IMG/VR virus record: IMGVR_UViG_3300020045_003201
Location: 1 to 24,516 of that record
Reading direction: 5' to 3' (one strand)
Length of the DNA: 24,516 nucleotides
Source: a virus
Taxonomy: Duplodnaviria > Caudoviricetes
The notes below the pieces were generated by a model. That model did not search any database, was not told where the DNA came from, and saw only the letters and a list, made by a program, of their open reading frames with translations. Below are positions 23,080-24,516 of the stretch, one piece after another; the stretch's first letter is position 1, and every line of letters begins with the position of its first letter. The position numbers were made by a program, and so were the translations under genes.

Positions 23080-24249
23080 TTAAACTGCGGTAAAATCTCC
23101 ATAAACCAATGCTGCTGGTTGCTCAACTGCTAACGCTGTTTGAGACTCAATACGAGCAGTAATGTTATTTGTAACAAAGTTAGTTCCTTCAACTTCTGAG
23201 AACTCTACAGACAAACCTTGTGTATTGATTTTGTTAACTCTATTCCAATCACCTACAAAGTATTTATTAGCTACTAACCAAGTCGCTTTGTAAATTGGAA
23301 TACCGTTGATTCTTAATTGACCACCGTCAAAAGTTACAACACCGGGCAAACCATATCCTGCTCCTGTTGATTTTTCAGTTTTCAAGATATCCCAATAATC
23401 AGAAGGTCTGATAACGATTCCGTTTACAGGGAAGTTTGCATTCTCTTGTTTTGCGATTTCGTTAATCAACATTTCAATTTTATTTTTCCCTGTTATAATC
23501 TCAGTTGATGCAGTTGCAGCAGCAGCTAAAACAGCGTTAAAAATTGAATTCTCAGCAATGAAATAATCACGTCTTAATGCTTTTGGAATAAAAGAAGTTA
23601 AGAAAGGCAAGTTATTAGCCATTTTTTTAGAATAGCGAGTGAAACCAGCAATAAAGTCAGTATTCACATCAACCATTGTAAAATCGTAATCTCTTTGCGC
23701 TTTTGAACTTCCTTCTGTTTGAGTTGCAATAGTTCCTTCACCAGCTCCTTCACGCGGGAATGTATAAGTACCCCCTTCGATGTTAACGCTTCCAACCAAG
23801 TCAGATACGTTTACCAATTGACCCGGAATCATTACAACGTCCATGTTGTAATCTTTAGGCTGCGCTCCTGTTAAGTTAGCTCCTAAAGTCATGTTTCCAA
23901 CAACTTTCAACTGAATAGATTTACCTTTACGAACATCTTTTACCTCGTTAAATCCTTCTGTAATAGATTTAACCATGTTTTCATTATATCCAGCTTCAAC
24001 TGATTGAGCTGATTTATTTTGAAGTTTCAAATCTAAAGAGTCTGCGTGATCTTGAACTGCTTTTAATTTCAATTCAAATTCTTCTTTAGTTGTTTTCAAT
24101 TCTAATGCAAAAGCATCTTTTTGCTCAGTAGTTGATGCATTCCATTTTACTTCCAAAGCGTCTACAGCTGTTTTTACCTCTACAGCTGATTTATTTTCTA
24201 ATGCCGTTTTGATGTTTGTTAATTCGGCTTTTAATTGGATTTCGTCCAT
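23080..24249 (-). CDS. Major capsid protein, HK97 fold, with N-terminal coiled-coil scaffold (delta) domain
   Basis: N-terminal heptads, EGSSKAQRDYDF, RINGIPIY, YFVGDW, FVTNNITARIESQTALAVEQPAALVYGDF. Confidence 0.92.
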   Translation of the reverse strand: MDEIQLKAELTNIKTALENKSAVEVKTAVDALEVKWNASTTEQKDAFALELKTTKEEFELKLKAVQDHADSLDLKLQNKSAQSVEAGYNENMVKSITEGFNEVKDVRKGKSIQLKVVGNMTLGANLTGAQPKDYNMDVVMIPGQLVNVSDLVGSVNIEGGTYTFPREGAGEGTIATQTEGSSKAQRDYDFTMVDVNTDFIAGFTRYSKKMANNLPFLTSFIPKALRRDYFIAENSIFNAVLAAAATASTEIITGKNKIEMLINEIAKQENANFPVNGIVIRPSDYWDILKTEKSTGAGYGLPGVVTFDGGQLRINGIPIYKATWLVANKYFVGDWNRVNKINTQGLSVEFSEVEGTNFVTNNITARIESQTALAVEQPAALVYGDFTAV

Positions 24250-24250
24250 G

Positions 24251-24516
24251 TTATTTTAAATTTAATGATTGTGTAAATGATTTTAAAGTGTCTAAAATAA
24301 TCGGCTTGTCAATCAAAGTGTTAGGATCTAACGGCTCATCAGAAAGTGATTTTAATATTGTTTCAATTTGCAATAAACGATTGTCTGAATAAGGCAAATT
24401 ATATGCTTTTGTTAGTAATTCCATCATTCCATAGTGTGATTTAATGGATTTTATTCCTTGAACAGTTGCTAATGAATTTGCCCCCCATGATGAAAGAAAC
24501 GAATATTCCATTAACT
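24251..24516 (-). CDS. Prohead protease (HK97 family), C-terminal part only
   Basis: EYSFLSSWGAN matches the EvS.V..pAn motif; directly upstream of the capsid gene; truncated by the window edge. Confidence 0.7.
   Translation of the reverse strand, partial: LMEYSFLSSWGANSLATVQGIKSIKSHYGMMELLTKAYNLPYSDNRLLQIETILKSLSDEPLDPNTLIDKPIILDTLKSFTQSLNLK

Noticed and set aside
1-24516. tRNA, rRNA, integrase, reverse transcriptase/DGR, stop-codon recoding
   Set aside because: No such motifs seen; ORFs tile the window well under the standard code.

Overview
AT-rich segment of a tailed dsDNA (siphovirus-type) phage or prophage of a Bacteroidota host, most likely Flavobacterium-like. The host call rests on repeated TTG-N19/21-TAnnTTTG promoters and a DUF3127-type SSB. 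Nearly all genes are on the minus strand. Reading in that direction: prohead protease C-terminus, HK97-type major capsid, a plus-strand moron, head-tail and tail genes, a beta-helix tailspike-like protein, a lysis block, then many small early genes, a C5 methyltransferase-like gene, an AAA_24/Sak4-like ATPase, SSB, an ASCH protein and an SF2 helicase. Three non-coding systems stand out. (1) An integron-like cassette array: four 124-129 bp attC-like hairpins (AAC...GTT), with three cassettes between 6052 and 7841 whose two ends are cassette-specific reverse complements; no integrase is in the window. (2) Three promoter-proximal leaders in which a small hairpin loop is complementary to the loop of a downstream terminator-like hairpin, with compensatory changes between copies. 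(3) A 17-bp direct repeat at three consecutive gene junctions. All calls come from reading the sequence by eye; no searches were run.
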